Below are positions 18,010-27,476 of a DNA stretch of 64,000 bases, piece after piece; position 1 is the first letter of the stretch, and each line of letters begins with the position of its first letter. Made by a program: the position numbers and the translations under genes. Where the stretch lies: the NCBI GenBank assembly GCA_965214405.1, contig OZ243956.1, positions 1,504,001 to 1,568,000 on the forward strand. The letters are read 5' to 3'. Below the pieces are notes generated by a model. That model searched no databases. It was not told the origin of the DNA and worked only from the letters and a program-made list of their open reading frames with translations. The stretch comes from Trueperaceae bacterium. Lineage in GTDB: Bacteria > Deinococcota > Deinococci > Deinococcales > Trueperaceae.

Positions 18010-19442
18010 GCGGCGTCCCCTTTCGGCTCGTCCTTATCTAACCCGTCACTCCAGAGGTCACGGAAAGACCTTTTGGCCGGGGCCGGAAAATCGCGCTCTC
18101 TCAGCCACTCTTTCAGGACGGGCAGCCAGTCGCCGCCCATGAAGCCGTCGCGGCTTAGGAAACTCCCGCCGAAGCGGCTTAGCTTGGTGCTCGAGTCCCA
18201 CAGAGAAGGCCGCTGGGCGAGAAAAGCGAACGCGCCCATGCTCGCCCGCTCGCCTGGCGCGGTGAGCCCACGCGCGACGGCGCGGCGGCGGTGCTCAATG
18301 AGGAGTTCCGGTAACGGGATTTTGACCGGGCAAACCTCGCCGCACGCGCCGCAGAGCGAACTCGCTTGGGGGAGGTGGGTGGTGGTTTCTAAACCCAACA
18401 ACCCCGGCCCCAGCACCGCCCCGATAGGCCCCGAATAGACCCAGCCGTACGCGTGCCCGCCCACCTGCTGATAGACCGGGCACGAGTTGAGACAGGCCCC
18501 GCAGCGGATGCAGCGCAGCGCGTCGCGCAGCTTCGGGTCGGCCAAAACCGCGCTCCGCCCGTTGTCGACCAACAGGAGGTGGAACTCTTCGGGACCCTCC
18601 GCCTCCTCATCCCGCTTGGCCCCCGTAATCATCGAGACGTACGACGAGGCCTTTTGTCCCGTGGCCGAGCGCGGCAGCACGGACAAAAAGGCGGGCAGGT
18701 CGCGCAGGCGCGGGATAACTTTTTCGAGGCCCATCATCGCCAGGTGGATTTTTGGCAGGGAGGTGGTAAAGCGGATATTGCCCTCGTTCTCGACCAGCAC
18801 AATGGTGCCCGTTTCGGCCACCGCGAAGTTGGCCCCGCTGATGCCCATGTCGGCCTCTAGAAAGCCTTGGCGCAAGACCCGCCGCGCCGCCGCCGTTAAG
18901 GTCGGGATGTCCGCGTCGGGGGCGGTGCCGATCTTCTCGTGAAAAAGCGCGGTGATTTGCTCCTTGGTTTTGTGGATGGCCGGGCCGATGATGTGGCTCG
19001 GGAAATCCTCGTCGATTTGCAGGATGTATTCGCCTAAGTCGGTCTCGAGGGCCGTCACCCCCGCCTCTTCTAAAGCCTCGTTGAGGTGAACTTCTTCGGA
19101 GAGCATCGACTTGGACTTCACCACCGTCTTGACGCCCTTTTGCAGCGCCAGCTCCGTCACAATGCGGCTCGCCTCGGCGGCGTCGGCGGCGAAGTGGACG
19201 GTGCCGCCGCGCTCCTCAACCTTCTCGACAAGCCTCTCCAAATACACGTCCAGATACTCCAGCGTGTGCGCCTTGACCGCGCCGCAGTAGTCGCGGAGGG
19301 CTTCGAAGTTTTCCAGAGCCGCCACCGCGCTCTTGCGCTTGCCCACGAATGCGGTGGTGGCGCGTTTCATGGCGACTGCGAGCTGTTCGTCCCCCAGTGC
19401 CCGCGTGGCGTTGTCCTTAAACGTGTGGGTGGTGATTTGCAT
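18006..19442 (-). CDS. lutB: Lactate utilization Fe-S protein B
   Basis: KSKSM, ETDLGEYI, CIRCGACLNSCPVY and SSLCGACGEVCPVKIPL motifs. Confidence 0.93.
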   Translation of the reverse strand: MQITTHTFKDNATRALGDEQLAVAMKRATTAFVGKRKSAVAALENFEALRDYCGAVKAHTLEYLDVYLERLVEKVEERGGTVHFAADAAEASRIVTELALQKGVKTVVKSKSMLSEEVHLNEALEEAGVTALETDLGEYILQIDEDFPSHIIGPAIHKTKEQITALFHEKIGTAPDADIPTLTAAARRVLRQGFLEADMGISGANFAVAETGTIVLVENEGNIRFTTSLPKIHLAMMGLEKVIPRLRDLPAFLSVLPRSATGQKASSYVSMITGAKRDEEAEGPEEFHLLLVDNGRSAVLADPKLRDALRCIRCGACLNSCPVYQQVGGHAYGWVYSGPIGAVLGPGLLGLETTTHLPQASSLCGACGEVCPVKIPLPELLIEHRRRAVARGLTAPGERASMGAFAFLAQRPSLWDSSTKLSRFGGSFLSRDGFMGGDWLPVLKEWLRERDFPAPAKRSFRDLWSDGLDKDEPKGDAA

Positions 19443-19518
19443 AGTTCCCGCCAATCTTTGTTACGCGTTCCCAAAGTCTTGCCGTTAAAAGAGATCTACG
19501 AACCGTCAAGCTGAACTG

Positions 19519-20268
19519 TCAAGCTGCGGCGCGGCGCGTGACCCCGTCCCAAAGAAGTTCGGCCACATGTTTGACGCGCACCCTTTCCATCCCGTCGCCC
19601 TCGCGGTGAAAGGCACCCTTGAGCTGCATCAAGCAGCCGCCGTCGGTCGAGGTGAGCGTCCGCGCGCCCGTGTCGCGGATGCCCGCGAATTTGGCCCTCG
19701 CCATCGCCGTGCTGATGTCGGGCATCTTGACGCTGAAAAGCCCGCCGAAGCCGCAGCACACGTCGTGCCCGTCTGCTTCAATAAGCTCGGCGCCCGCGGC
19801 CCTCAGCAGCGTGCGCGGCGCTTCCTTAACGCCGAGCAAGCGCATCGCGTGGCACGAGTCGTGGTAGGTCACGCGCTCGTTTGACAAGTCCGCGCCGACG
19901 TCGTCTCGTCCTAGGACTTCGGTGATAAAGGTGGTGAGTTCAAAGGTGCGTTCTGAGAGGTCTCGAGCCTCCCCATACTGCTTCGGCATCGTCTCAAAAA
20001 GGTCCGGATAATGGTGAACCATCCCGCCGCACGAGCCCGAGGGCAGCACGACGTAGTCGTAGCCCGCGAAAACCTCCAGATGATGCCCCGCAATCTCCTG
20101 CGCCTCCTTGTGGTAGCCCGCGTTGTAGGCGGGCTGACCGCAGCAGGTCTGCCGCTCAGGGAAATGAACGGTGACGCCCAGGTGTCTGAGCAGTCCCACC
20201 GACGCCACGGCGACGTCGGGAAAGAGTTGGTCGGCCAAACAGGTCGCAAAAAGGGCTACGCGCACCAC
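19519..20268 (-). CDS. lutA: Lactate utilization CCG-domain protein A
   Basis: LFATCLAD, QTCCGQPAYNAG, YHDSCH and CCGFGG motifs. Confidence 0.92.
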   Translation of the reverse strand: MVRVALFATCLADQLFPDVAVASVGLLRHLGVTVHFPERQTCCGQPAYNAGYHKEAQEIAGHHLEVFAGYDYVVLPSGSCGGMVHHYPDLFETMPKQYGEARDLSERTFELTTFITEVLGRDDVGADLSNERVTYHDSCHAMRLLGVKEAPRTLLRAAGAELIEADGHDVCCGFGGLFSVKMPDISTAMARAKFAGIRDTGARTLTSTDGGCLMQLKGAFHREGDGMERVRVKHVAELLWDGVTRRAAA

Positions 20269-20413
20269 AAACCGCCTTTCGGTAGGAGCATTATAGCGGG
20301 TTGAGGCTCGAGGTGTGTGGGTGCCCAGGGTTCATTCACATCAAAGGTTTCTGCGCTTTAACCGTCATCCGTTCAGCCAAGCACAGCTTTGAGAGTAAAC
20401 TCGGAAGTCCCTT

Positions 20414-20848
20414 TCAAGAGTCAACATCAAGAACCGCCAGGGTGCAGCGCGAGGTGCAAACGAGCTTTCCCTCCTCGTCACGTATCTCGATACCCCAAAC
20501 CTGCGTTTTCCGGCCCCGGTGGACGGGCGTGGCGACGGCGGTCAAAACGCCGTCCCGCACCGAGCGGAGGTGGTTGGCGTTGATTTCTAAGCCCACCGCC
20601 CGCTGACGTTCCATGTCCAAATTCACCGTCGCCCCGATGCTCGCCACCGTCTCGGCGAGCACCACCGACGCGCCGCCGTGGAGGATGCCGAAGGGTTGAT
20701 GGACGCGCGGCGTCACGGGCATGGTGGCCGTGACGCGCTCGGGGGCGGCTTCGGTCACGGTAATCTCGAGGGTTTCTAAAAGCGTATCTTTGGGCGTGTC
20801 GAGAAAGCTGTCGGGAAAACCTTTGGGAGAATCTTTAGAGAGGGCCAT
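20414..20848 (-). CDS. PaaI/hotdog-fold thioesterase (MenI/EntH-like)
   Basis: HQPFGILHGGASVVLAET and VGLEINANHLRS motifs. Confidence 0.9.
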   Translation of the reverse strand: MALSKDSPKGFPDSFLDTPKDTLLETLEITVTEAAPERVTATMPVTPRVHQPFGILHGGASVVLAETVASIGATVNLDMERQRAVGLEINANHLRSVRDGVLTAVATPVHRGRKTQVWGIEIRDEEGKLVCTSRCTLAVLDVDS

Positions 20849-20982
20849 GCAGAAGCATACCCAAAACGCAAACTTGCTATACTGACGCGCTGGCGGGAGG
20901 TGACATGACCGCCTTACATCGTGGCGCTCAACTGTACGAACAACTGTGCGAATGTACACAGGGCGCGTGTAAGGGACCTTCT

Positions 20983-21879
20983 GTGCAGAATCCTATCAAA
21001 AATCATCCTGCTATCTCTTACGTCCTGCTGACGCTGCTACCCACGGGCGTCTGTGCGCTCCTTTTACACCTTGCCGGAACGAGCGCGGGGGTGGCGGCAG
21101 GCACCGACCTACCCCTCAGCGTTATTTTCCTCGTCGGCGCGCTCTTTACAAGCGGCACCTACGCTTTAGGGAAAGCCGTCAGGGAGCAGAGCGGAAACTT
21201 ACCGAGCGTCGTCATTCTTGCGGTGGCGCTCAACTTTGCTTTGAATTACGGGCTAATTCGGGGAATGGACGCTTCTCCGACGTTCATCCTTGCACTCTTG
21301 ACGGCGATGATTCTAGGCGCGGTTTACCCACGCCTTTTCGGACGCCGCGCGCCCATGCTCGCCTCGATGACGGTTTACGTCGTTTGCACGCTATTAGCAA
21401 ACTTTACTTTCGACTCCTTTTTGCGCCTGCCGGGCTACGGTCTCTTATCAGTCGGCACGCTTTTTTTCGGCGTTACCTTTACGCAGCGTGACCGGGTCCA
21501 CGGCTACGGGCGAGGAAACGTCTACAGGATGATTCTCGCGGCGGCGGGGCTCAACCTCCTCTTGTCGGCGTCCTTGGGCATCCCGCTGCGCTTTCTCATG
21601 GCGGGCTTTCTCGCCATCATCGTGGCTGAAGCGGCGGATACGGAGGTGTATGGGCGGCTGCTCCAACGTTCGTGGCCGCTGCGGGTGGTGGCCTCCAACG
21701 CGGTGAGTATCCCGCTGGACTCGAGCATCTTTACGCTTCTAGCGTTCGCCGGGAACCCCGCCTTTCCGCCCGCCGTCCTCCTGCAAATCATCTTCGCCGA
21801 CATCCTCGCCAAAACCGTCGTCGGGCTCCTCGCGGCGGTGCGCCTCTGGCGACCCCAACGCCTCGTGATGGAGAGCTGA
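20983..21879 (+). CDS. Vut_1/YhhQ family (queuosine precursor) transporter with extra N-terminal membrane region; start uncertain (GTG 20983 or ATG 20905)
   Basis: TLLAN, GTLFFGVTFTQRDRVH, ADTEVY and SNAVSIPLDSSIFTLLAF motifs. Confidence 0.75.
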   Translation: MQNPIKNHPAISYVLLTLLPTGVCALLLHLAGTSAGVAAGTDLPLSVIFLVGALFTSGTYALGKAVREQSGNLPSVVILAVALNFALNYGLIRGMDASPTFILALLTAMILGAVYPRLFGRRAPMLASMTVYVVCTLLANFTFDSFLRLPGYGLLSVGTLFFGVTFTQRDRVHGYGRGNVYRMILAAAGLNLLLSASLGIPLRFLMAGFLAIIVAEAADTEVYGRLLQRSWPLRVVASNAVSIPLDSSIFTLLAFAGNPAFPPAVLLQIIFADILAKTVVGLLAAVRLWRPQRLVMES

Positions 21880-21886
21880 TAGAAGG

Positions 21887-23215
21887 CTAAAACGTCTCGA
21901 CCGCCCGCGCGACGGAAAGCACCAGCGCCTCTTCAAAGGGTCGCGCGGCAATCATAAAGCCAATCGACAAGCCCTCGGGCGTGGTCGCGCAGGGAACGCT
22001 CACGGCGGGTACGCCCAGAAAGTTAAATATCATCGTGTTGCGTAAGCAGAGGCTGTTGAGCTTGAAGTAAGCCTCATCTTCCGCAAGGTCAGCCATCTTG
22101 GGCGGCAGCACGGCCACGGTGGGCGCGAGCACGGCGTCGAAGGGGGCGTAGCGCTCCCAAAAGGTCTGCTGGATGCGTGTGCGTTCAAACCCTAAGCGGA
22201 TGTAGTCGGTGGCCCCTCTCCCCCGGTTTCGCAAGATGCGTGTAGACACGCGCGGGTCGACGCGGTCGCCGCTGCGTTCCAGCATCTCCTCGTAGAGCGC
22301 CAGCGACTCCAAGCCCGCGAAGGTGCCGTAACGGGCGTAAGCCTCGAGGATGTCGTTGAGGAGGGGCAGCTCGAGCGGTTCCACAGTCGCGCCCTCGGCC
22401 TCGAGCCGCGCACAGGTCTTTTCAAAGGCGTGGGCGACGGGGGGCTCGAGGCCTTCCTGAAGCAAAGTAACGGGCGCGAGCAGGCGCAACCCCGCCACCG
22501 GGCGCGGCTTAAAGGGCGCGTGTGGCGCGCCCAGAAGCCCCCGCAGGAGGTGCCAGGCGTCTTCGACGGTCTTGGTGGTAGGCCCCAGGGTATCGAGCGT
22601 GGTCGAGAGCGGCACGCAGCCGTCGGTGGGAATCAGGCCGTCGGTGGTCTTGAGACCTACCAGACCGTTAAACGCCGCCGGAATCCGCACCGAGCCGCCC
22701 GTGTCCGACCCCACCGCCGCGCAGGCCAGCCCCGAGGCCACCGCCACCGCCGAGCCCGACGACGAGCCGCCGGGAATCCGCGTGGCGTCGAGCGCGTTTC
22801 CCGGCGTACCGAAGTGCGGGTTGATGCCGAGCCCCGAAAAGGCGAGTTCGGTCATGTTTGTTTTGCCCAAAAATACCGCGCTCGCCGCGTCTAACCTGGC
22901 GGCAGCGGGGCAGTCGTCCGCGGCGGGAGGCGCGTCAGCAAACACCTTGGAGCCCGCCGCGCTCACGTCGCCGCGGGTGTCCATGAGGTCCTTGAGCGCC
23001 AGCGGAACGCCCTGAAGCGGCCCCAAATCGAGCCCCGCCCGGAAGTGCGCGTCGGCACGCCGCGCCTGGACTCTCGCCCGTTCAAGGGTCAGGAGGCGGT
23101 AAACGGGGCCAGGCTGCAGACGCGCCACATACGCCTCGACCACGTCCACCGCGCTTAAGTGCCCCGCCCGGTAGGCTGCGGCAAGTTGCGTGAGAGACAA
23201 GTCAGAAGGGTTCAT
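21887..23215 (-). CDS. Amidase signature family protein
   Basis: GPLQGVPLALKD, PGGSSSGSAVAV and GSDTGGSVRIPAAFNG motifs. Confidence 0.92.
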   Translation of the reverse strand: MNPSDLSLTQLAAAYRAGHLSAVDVVEAYVARLQPGPVYRLLTLERARVQARRADAHFRAGLDLGPLQGVPLALKDLMDTRGDVSAAGSKVFADAPPAADDCPAAARLDAASAVFLGKTNMTELAFSGLGINPHFGTPGNALDATRIPGGSSSGSAVAVASGLACAAVGSDTGGSVRIPAAFNGLVGLKTTDGLIPTDGCVPLSTTLDTLGPTTKTVEDAWHLLRGLLGAPHAPFKPRPVAGLRLLAPVTLLQEGLEPPVAHAFEKTCARLEAEGATVEPLELPLLNDILEAYARYGTFAGLESLALYEEMLERSGDRVDPRVSTRILRNRGRGATDYIRLGFERTRIQQTFWERYAPFDAVLAPTVAVLPPKMADLAEDEAYFKLNSLCLRNTMIFNFLGVPAVSVPCATTPEGLSIGFMIAARPFEEALVLSVARAVETF

Positions 23216-23584
23216 GCTCACGAGTATAAGGGACAGGTGGAAGCTTCCTGCGACGGTTGGAACAAGCGCGAGCTTGGGCGAAACCGGCGATTTGCTCACA
23301 AAAGCGCGCTAAACCATTACGGGAGAACGTGAAAACCGCCAAATGTGACGTGCAGAACCCACGCGGTGTGACAACTGCGCTCGTGAAAGCCGGAACGCGC
23401 CTCTAAGATAAAAGTATTGAGAGGGCGATAACTGCCCCCTGAGCACCGCCCCCCAAGCACCGCCCCCTAAGCGACGTCGGCGTATGCATTCTCGCGCCGG
23501 TTATGTTCTTCAGGCGCAGCCAAGAGGCTCCGCAAGCACTGCTTTTTACAACCGGCTACATCAACACCGAAAGGACCTCTCACC

Positions 23585-24835
23585 TTGGGCAAACGTGGCA
23601 GAAATAAAGCGGGGTACTACCGGATGCTCCTCCACCTGCTCGAGCTCCAGTACGCCCTCGAGCGCCGCGCGCGGGGCGACGCTCCCGCGCGCTGGCGGCC
23701 CTCGCCGCGCAACCGGCCCGACCAGTTCTTGCGGTGGGTGCTCTCGAGCCTTCCGCCGCACGGGGCGGCTCCCGTCACCTTGAATCCCGTCACCTTGAAT
23801 AATGTGTGCGTACGTCTCGAGCGGGAAAGGCTGCCCCACGTGGCCGCTCTTTTAGCCCACGTTGCGGGTGAGTGCGCGTCCGCTGGAAAAGCCACGGAAG
23901 AGGTTTTGAGTAGCCTCTCACAACATACGCCGGAGACCGAAGCGCACCCGCAGGCGCGCAAGTTTTCGGGCACGCTCTCCCGCTCCTTGGACGCGGCTTG
24001 GTTGGGAGCGCTTACAAAAACTGAGGCGCACGCCGCCTCACAGGGATGGCCCGCGTGCGCCACGCTGTTGGGCGGGCTCCCGCCGGGCTTCGGCACGCTT
24101 TACACGCTCCTCCACGCTGGTTTTGGCGCCGCCGACCCCATCGACACGCCCGCGGAACTCTCCGTTTTCCAATTCTACGGCCTCGCCACGGGCACGCTCC
24201 CCCCGCCGCCCGCGCCCTACGCGTGCGCTTTGGGGGCGCTGAGCTCTCTCACCTCAAAAGACGTCACGCTGCTGGGCAGCCTCAGCGCGGCGCAGGCGCG
24301 GCAACTCAGAAAGCTCGAGCCCAGGCTGCTCTTTGCGCGTAGCAGCGCGCTATGCACCAAAGATGCGCTTCACACCTCAGAGGGTTGCGAGCTCTCACCC
24401 AGCTCCGCGACGTGCGAGCGGCAGGTCGCCTCGACCTCAGATGAGTCTTTGGAGGCTCCCCTGGACGCGCCTCTGGACGCGCCCCTAGACGAGGAGCTGC
24501 GGCGGATGATTGCGCGCAAGGAGGTAACCGGGACGCTCGTCAAAGCGTTGCGGGGCGGTGACGAGGCGCTGTGGAGCGCGGCTCGAGCGTTACTCAACGA
24601 GGCCCCCTGGGCGACGCTCTACCTCGAAGACAGGCGCAGCTTACAAGAGCTCTTTAACGGACGAACCGCCGCCAAACTCAACCTCCGGGATGTGTTTCCC
24701 CGGACGGTCGCGTGGTTGGACGAGAAGCTAAAGGCGCGTATCGACGGCGCACTTTACCAAGAAACCGGCGGCGTAGCGCCTGCCGCACACGCCTACTCGT
24801 GCCACGTCCGGAAGCTCCTGCTAAACGCACGGTAG
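23585..24835 (+). CDS. Hypothetical protein (416 aa, no recognised family)
   Basis: Long open frame that fills the gap; RBS-like AAGGA upstream of a TTG start. No motif recognised. Confidence 0.6.
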   Translation: MGKRGRNKAGYYRMLLHLLELQYALERRARGDAPARWRPSPRNRPDQFLRWVLSSLPPHGAAPVTLNPVTLNNVCVRLERERLPHVAALLAHVAGECASAGKATEEVLSSLSQHTPETEAHPQARKFSGTLSRSLDAAWLGALTKTEAHAASQGWPACATLLGGLPPGFGTLYTLLHAGFGAADPIDTPAELSVFQFYGLATGTLPPPPAPYACALGALSSLTSKDVTLLGSLSAAQARQLRKLEPRLLFARSSALCTKDALHTSEGCELSPSSATCERQVASTSDESLEAPLDAPLDAPLDEELRRMIARKEVTGTLVKALRGGDEALWSAARALLNEAPWATLYLEDRRSLQELFNGRTAAKLNLRDVFPRTVAWLDEKLKARIDGALYQETGGVAPAAHAYSCHVRKLLLNAR

Positions 24836-25028
24836 CCTCAGACGACGAACTCAGGTATGGACTCCGGTTTCAGGGTGGAGAATAACCAAGACTAGCAACC
24901 AAGTGTGCTCTTTTCCCCGCGCGCGCGGCGAGGCTGGGGTACACTAAACGCAACGTGGCGGTACCGGTCGCTCCGACTACACAACCACTACAGCAACCCC
25001 GACACTCTGAAATTATACAGGAGTACAC

Positions 25029-26597
25029 ATGGACAATCAGGAACCCTCCTTAAAGGACGTTTTTTATATTATCAGGCGCGGCCTGGTGCTCGCCCTGGTG
25101 GTCGCCGCGCTCATGGCGGTCGCCGCCTATTTTGTGAGTGAGCGGCTCGAGCCCACCTACAGCACGCGCGCCGAGCTGATTGCCTCGCAGTCCAATCCCG
25201 ATTTGGGCCGCTTCGACATTTCCTTGACCACCGCGCCACCCATCGACTTTGACCTTTATGAAAATATCGCGCTTAGCAACTCCGTGCTCGCCGACGCGGC
25301 GCAGCAACTGGGTGGCGAAAGCGCGCTCGAGGGTATTGACTTTAACGTCAACGTCGACGACCGCCGCATCTCGAGCCTTGTTTACGTCAGAGCCGAGGGG
25401 TCCGACCCCACCGCCATCGCGGGCGCGGCCAACGCCTTGGCGCAAGCGCTGCTCTCCTGGGATAGGCGCCGCTCAGAACAGAGCAACAGTCAGGTTGTAT
25501 CTATTATTGAAGAGCGGATAGCTGGCTACGATCAGCAAATTGAGGAACTCGAAGCGTCGCTCGGCCCAGCTACCCAAGAGCAGTACAACGAGCTCGTGGC
25601 TATTAGAGACGAACAGCGTACGCGGCTTAGCGAAGCCAGAGCGCAGCAGAGCACGTCGACCAAAGGTCGATTGGAAATTCTCGATCCGGCCCCCATTCCG
25701 ACCGAACCCATCGCGCCCGACCCCGTACGCAACGCTGTGCTGGCGTTTGTGCTAGGCGTTTTCTTGAGCTACGGTCTGCTGCTCCTCCGCGACGCCCTCG
25801 ACTCGCGCCTCAAGAGCAGCGAGGATCTGGCAAAACTTACCGGCCTGCCCATCCTGGCCGAATTCCAAAAGCAGCCCCCCGGCACGCGCCGCCTGCCCCG
25901 AGAGGCCGCCAACTATCTCAGGACCAACCTGCTGCTCTCCTCGGTGGAAACGGGCACCAAAATCATCCTCGTGACCAGCGCGACCCCCGGCGAGGGCAAG
26001 TCGAGCGTGGCCTTGAGTGTCGCCGAGTCTTTCGCGCGTAGTGACCGCCGCACGCTTCTCGTCGACGCGGACCTGCGCCGCCCGGTCATCGCCCAAAACT
26101 ATGATTTGGACGAGATACACCATAAACCTTTGCGCGCCTATCTAGAGCAGCCCAACGAAACTTTTGAACCCGCCTACGTGGCGCTCAACCTCACGCACCA
26201 TCTCGACGTCATCCCCACCTTTCAGGCGGAGCCCTCGCCGACCGAGCTGCTGAGTCGCAGCTTTCGGCAGCGTTTAGACGCGTGGCGGAATGCTTACGAC
26301 GTGATCATCATCGACTCCGCGCCCCTCTTGAGCGTCGCGGACACGCTCACCATCGCGCCCCTTTGTACCGGCGTCATCCTGACCGCCAATTTACAGAGTT
26401 CGGATCGCCGGGGCGTCCGCGCGGCGGTTGACCTGTTGCGGCGCATCGGCGTCCGGCTCTTGGGCATCGCCGTGACCGGCGGCTCCCGCACCTTAGCGGG
26501 CGCAGGCGACTATACCTACACCGACGCGGAGCTCGAGCCCGACTTCCCCAGAGAACTTTCGCGCAGGGGCCGCAGAGGGGATAAAGAGCGGGCCTGA
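25029..26597 (+). CDS. wzc: Polysaccharide chain-length determinant / BY-kinase (Wzc/CpsCD-like)
   Basis: Two TM segments flank a coiled periplasmic domain. Walker A TSATPGEGKSS, A' LLVDADLRRP, B IIIDSAP. Confidence 0.88.
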   Translation: MDNQEPSLKDVFYIIRRGLVLALVVAALMAVAAYFVSERLEPTYSTRAELIASQSNPDLGRFDISLTTAPPIDFDLYENIALSNSVLADAAQQLGGESALEGIDFNVNVDDRRISSLVYVRAEGSDPTAIAGAANALAQALLSWDRRRSEQSNSQVVSIIEERIAGYDQQIEELEASLGPATQEQYNELVAIRDEQRTRLSEARAQQSTSTKGRLEILDPAPIPTEPIAPDPVRNAVLAFVLGVFLSYGLLLLRDALDSRLKSSEDLAKLTGLPILAEFQKQPPGTRRLPREAANYLRTNLLLSSVETGTKIILVTSATPGEGKSSVALSVAESFARSDRRTLLVDADLRRPVIAQNYDLDEIHHKPLRAYLEQPNETFEPAYVALNLTHHLDVIPTFQAEPSPTELLSRSFRQRLDAWRNAYDVIIIDSAPLLSVADTLTIAPLCTGVILTANLQSSDRRGVRAAVDLLRRIGVRLLGIAVTGGSRTLAGAGDYTYTDAELEPDFPRELSRRGRRGDKERA

Positions 26598-26656
26598 AGC
26601 TTACGACCACCATACGACCCCCAAGTGTTAAACCGAAACAGACCCCAAAATAGACC

Positions 26657-26685
26657 AAGGCGTCCTTCACAAAAGGACGCCTTTT
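26657..26685 (+). terminator. Intrinsic terminator after wzc
   Basis: AAGGCGTCCTT-loop-AAGGACGCCTTTT. Confidence 0.8.
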
Positions 26686-26966
26686 ATATGTTTTTTACTT
26701 GCAGAAACACATAGCAGGTATCATCTGATTTGAGACACACTTACCACACAAAGCACTGTCTGGCACGCAGTTTCGGTGACGATGTCTGCGTTCATTCGTC
26801 TCAGTATGTTACAGAACTGCTAACAGTAGAATAACTCCTGAAATTTTTGCAGCGGCGTTCCTACCGCTCGAGAGTGCCGTGGTCTAAACATAAGTAGTTG
26901 TGCGCGCCGTAAAAAGCGCAAGGTACCTCAAACAAAAAAATTACGCGCCCTCACCTCAGTATTGAT

Positions 26967-27392
26967 TCACCGGACGCGGTGAAATCCCGGGCTGACCGTA
27001 GAGATGCTAAAGCGTTTTTTCGGCCAGCCGTGCATACCGGAATTCCAAAAAGCCTTGGGCCGTTCATGCAAGTGTAAAGCTCGAGCATCATCTGGCAGCG
27101 TGAAACCGAAGTACGCTTCCGTGTCGGCAAGCTCTTCGGTTAGCGAACGGAAGTAACGGTGCGGCTATGACCCTGTTGGCTTCCCCGTCCCGTCGTCAGG
27201 CAGCCTTACAAGCGTGTGAGCACCTCCGGAGCTCACTACGCCCAGGCGTTCCCGTTGGTGGACGCACTTTAGCAACATACCTACCCAAGTGGGAGTGGTG
27301 GAAGATTCTCTAACGACATAACGCGTCAGCCCCTCCATAGGTTCTTTCAGAATCTCCACAATCTTTCTTTGTGGCGAATTCTTTGCCCTCAC
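26967..27392 (-). pseudogene. Decayed ORF containing an SMI1/KNR4 (SUKH)-like motif
   Basis: Reading through the TAG at 27165-27167 gives PHRYFRSLTEELADTEAYFGFTLPDDARAL, which resembles the SUKH N-terminal motif. Confidence 0.35.
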
Positions 27393-27417
27393 CCTTCAGC
27401 GAACGCTAGCGTCAACC

Positions 27418-27449
27418 AAAAAAGTGCTGAGAACTCAGCCTCAGCACTT
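27418..27449 (-). terminator. Intrinsic terminator after the sugar transferase
   Basis: AAGTGCTGAG/CTCAGCACTT stem followed by a T run on the minus strand. Confidence 0.8.
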
Positions 27450-27476
27450 GCGCTACTTCAACTGGGTTAAAGGTAG

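Noticed and set aside
26860..26930. GGTCTAA word suggestive of a c-di-GMP-I riboswitch near the EPS genes
   Set aside because: The GGCAAA...GAAA...GACGCAAAG first stem is absent and no gene follows on that strand.
27300..27392. Possible IS3-family element
   Set aside because: There is only a faint OrfA-like phrase, with no DDE transposase frame, terminal inverted repeats or target duplication visible.
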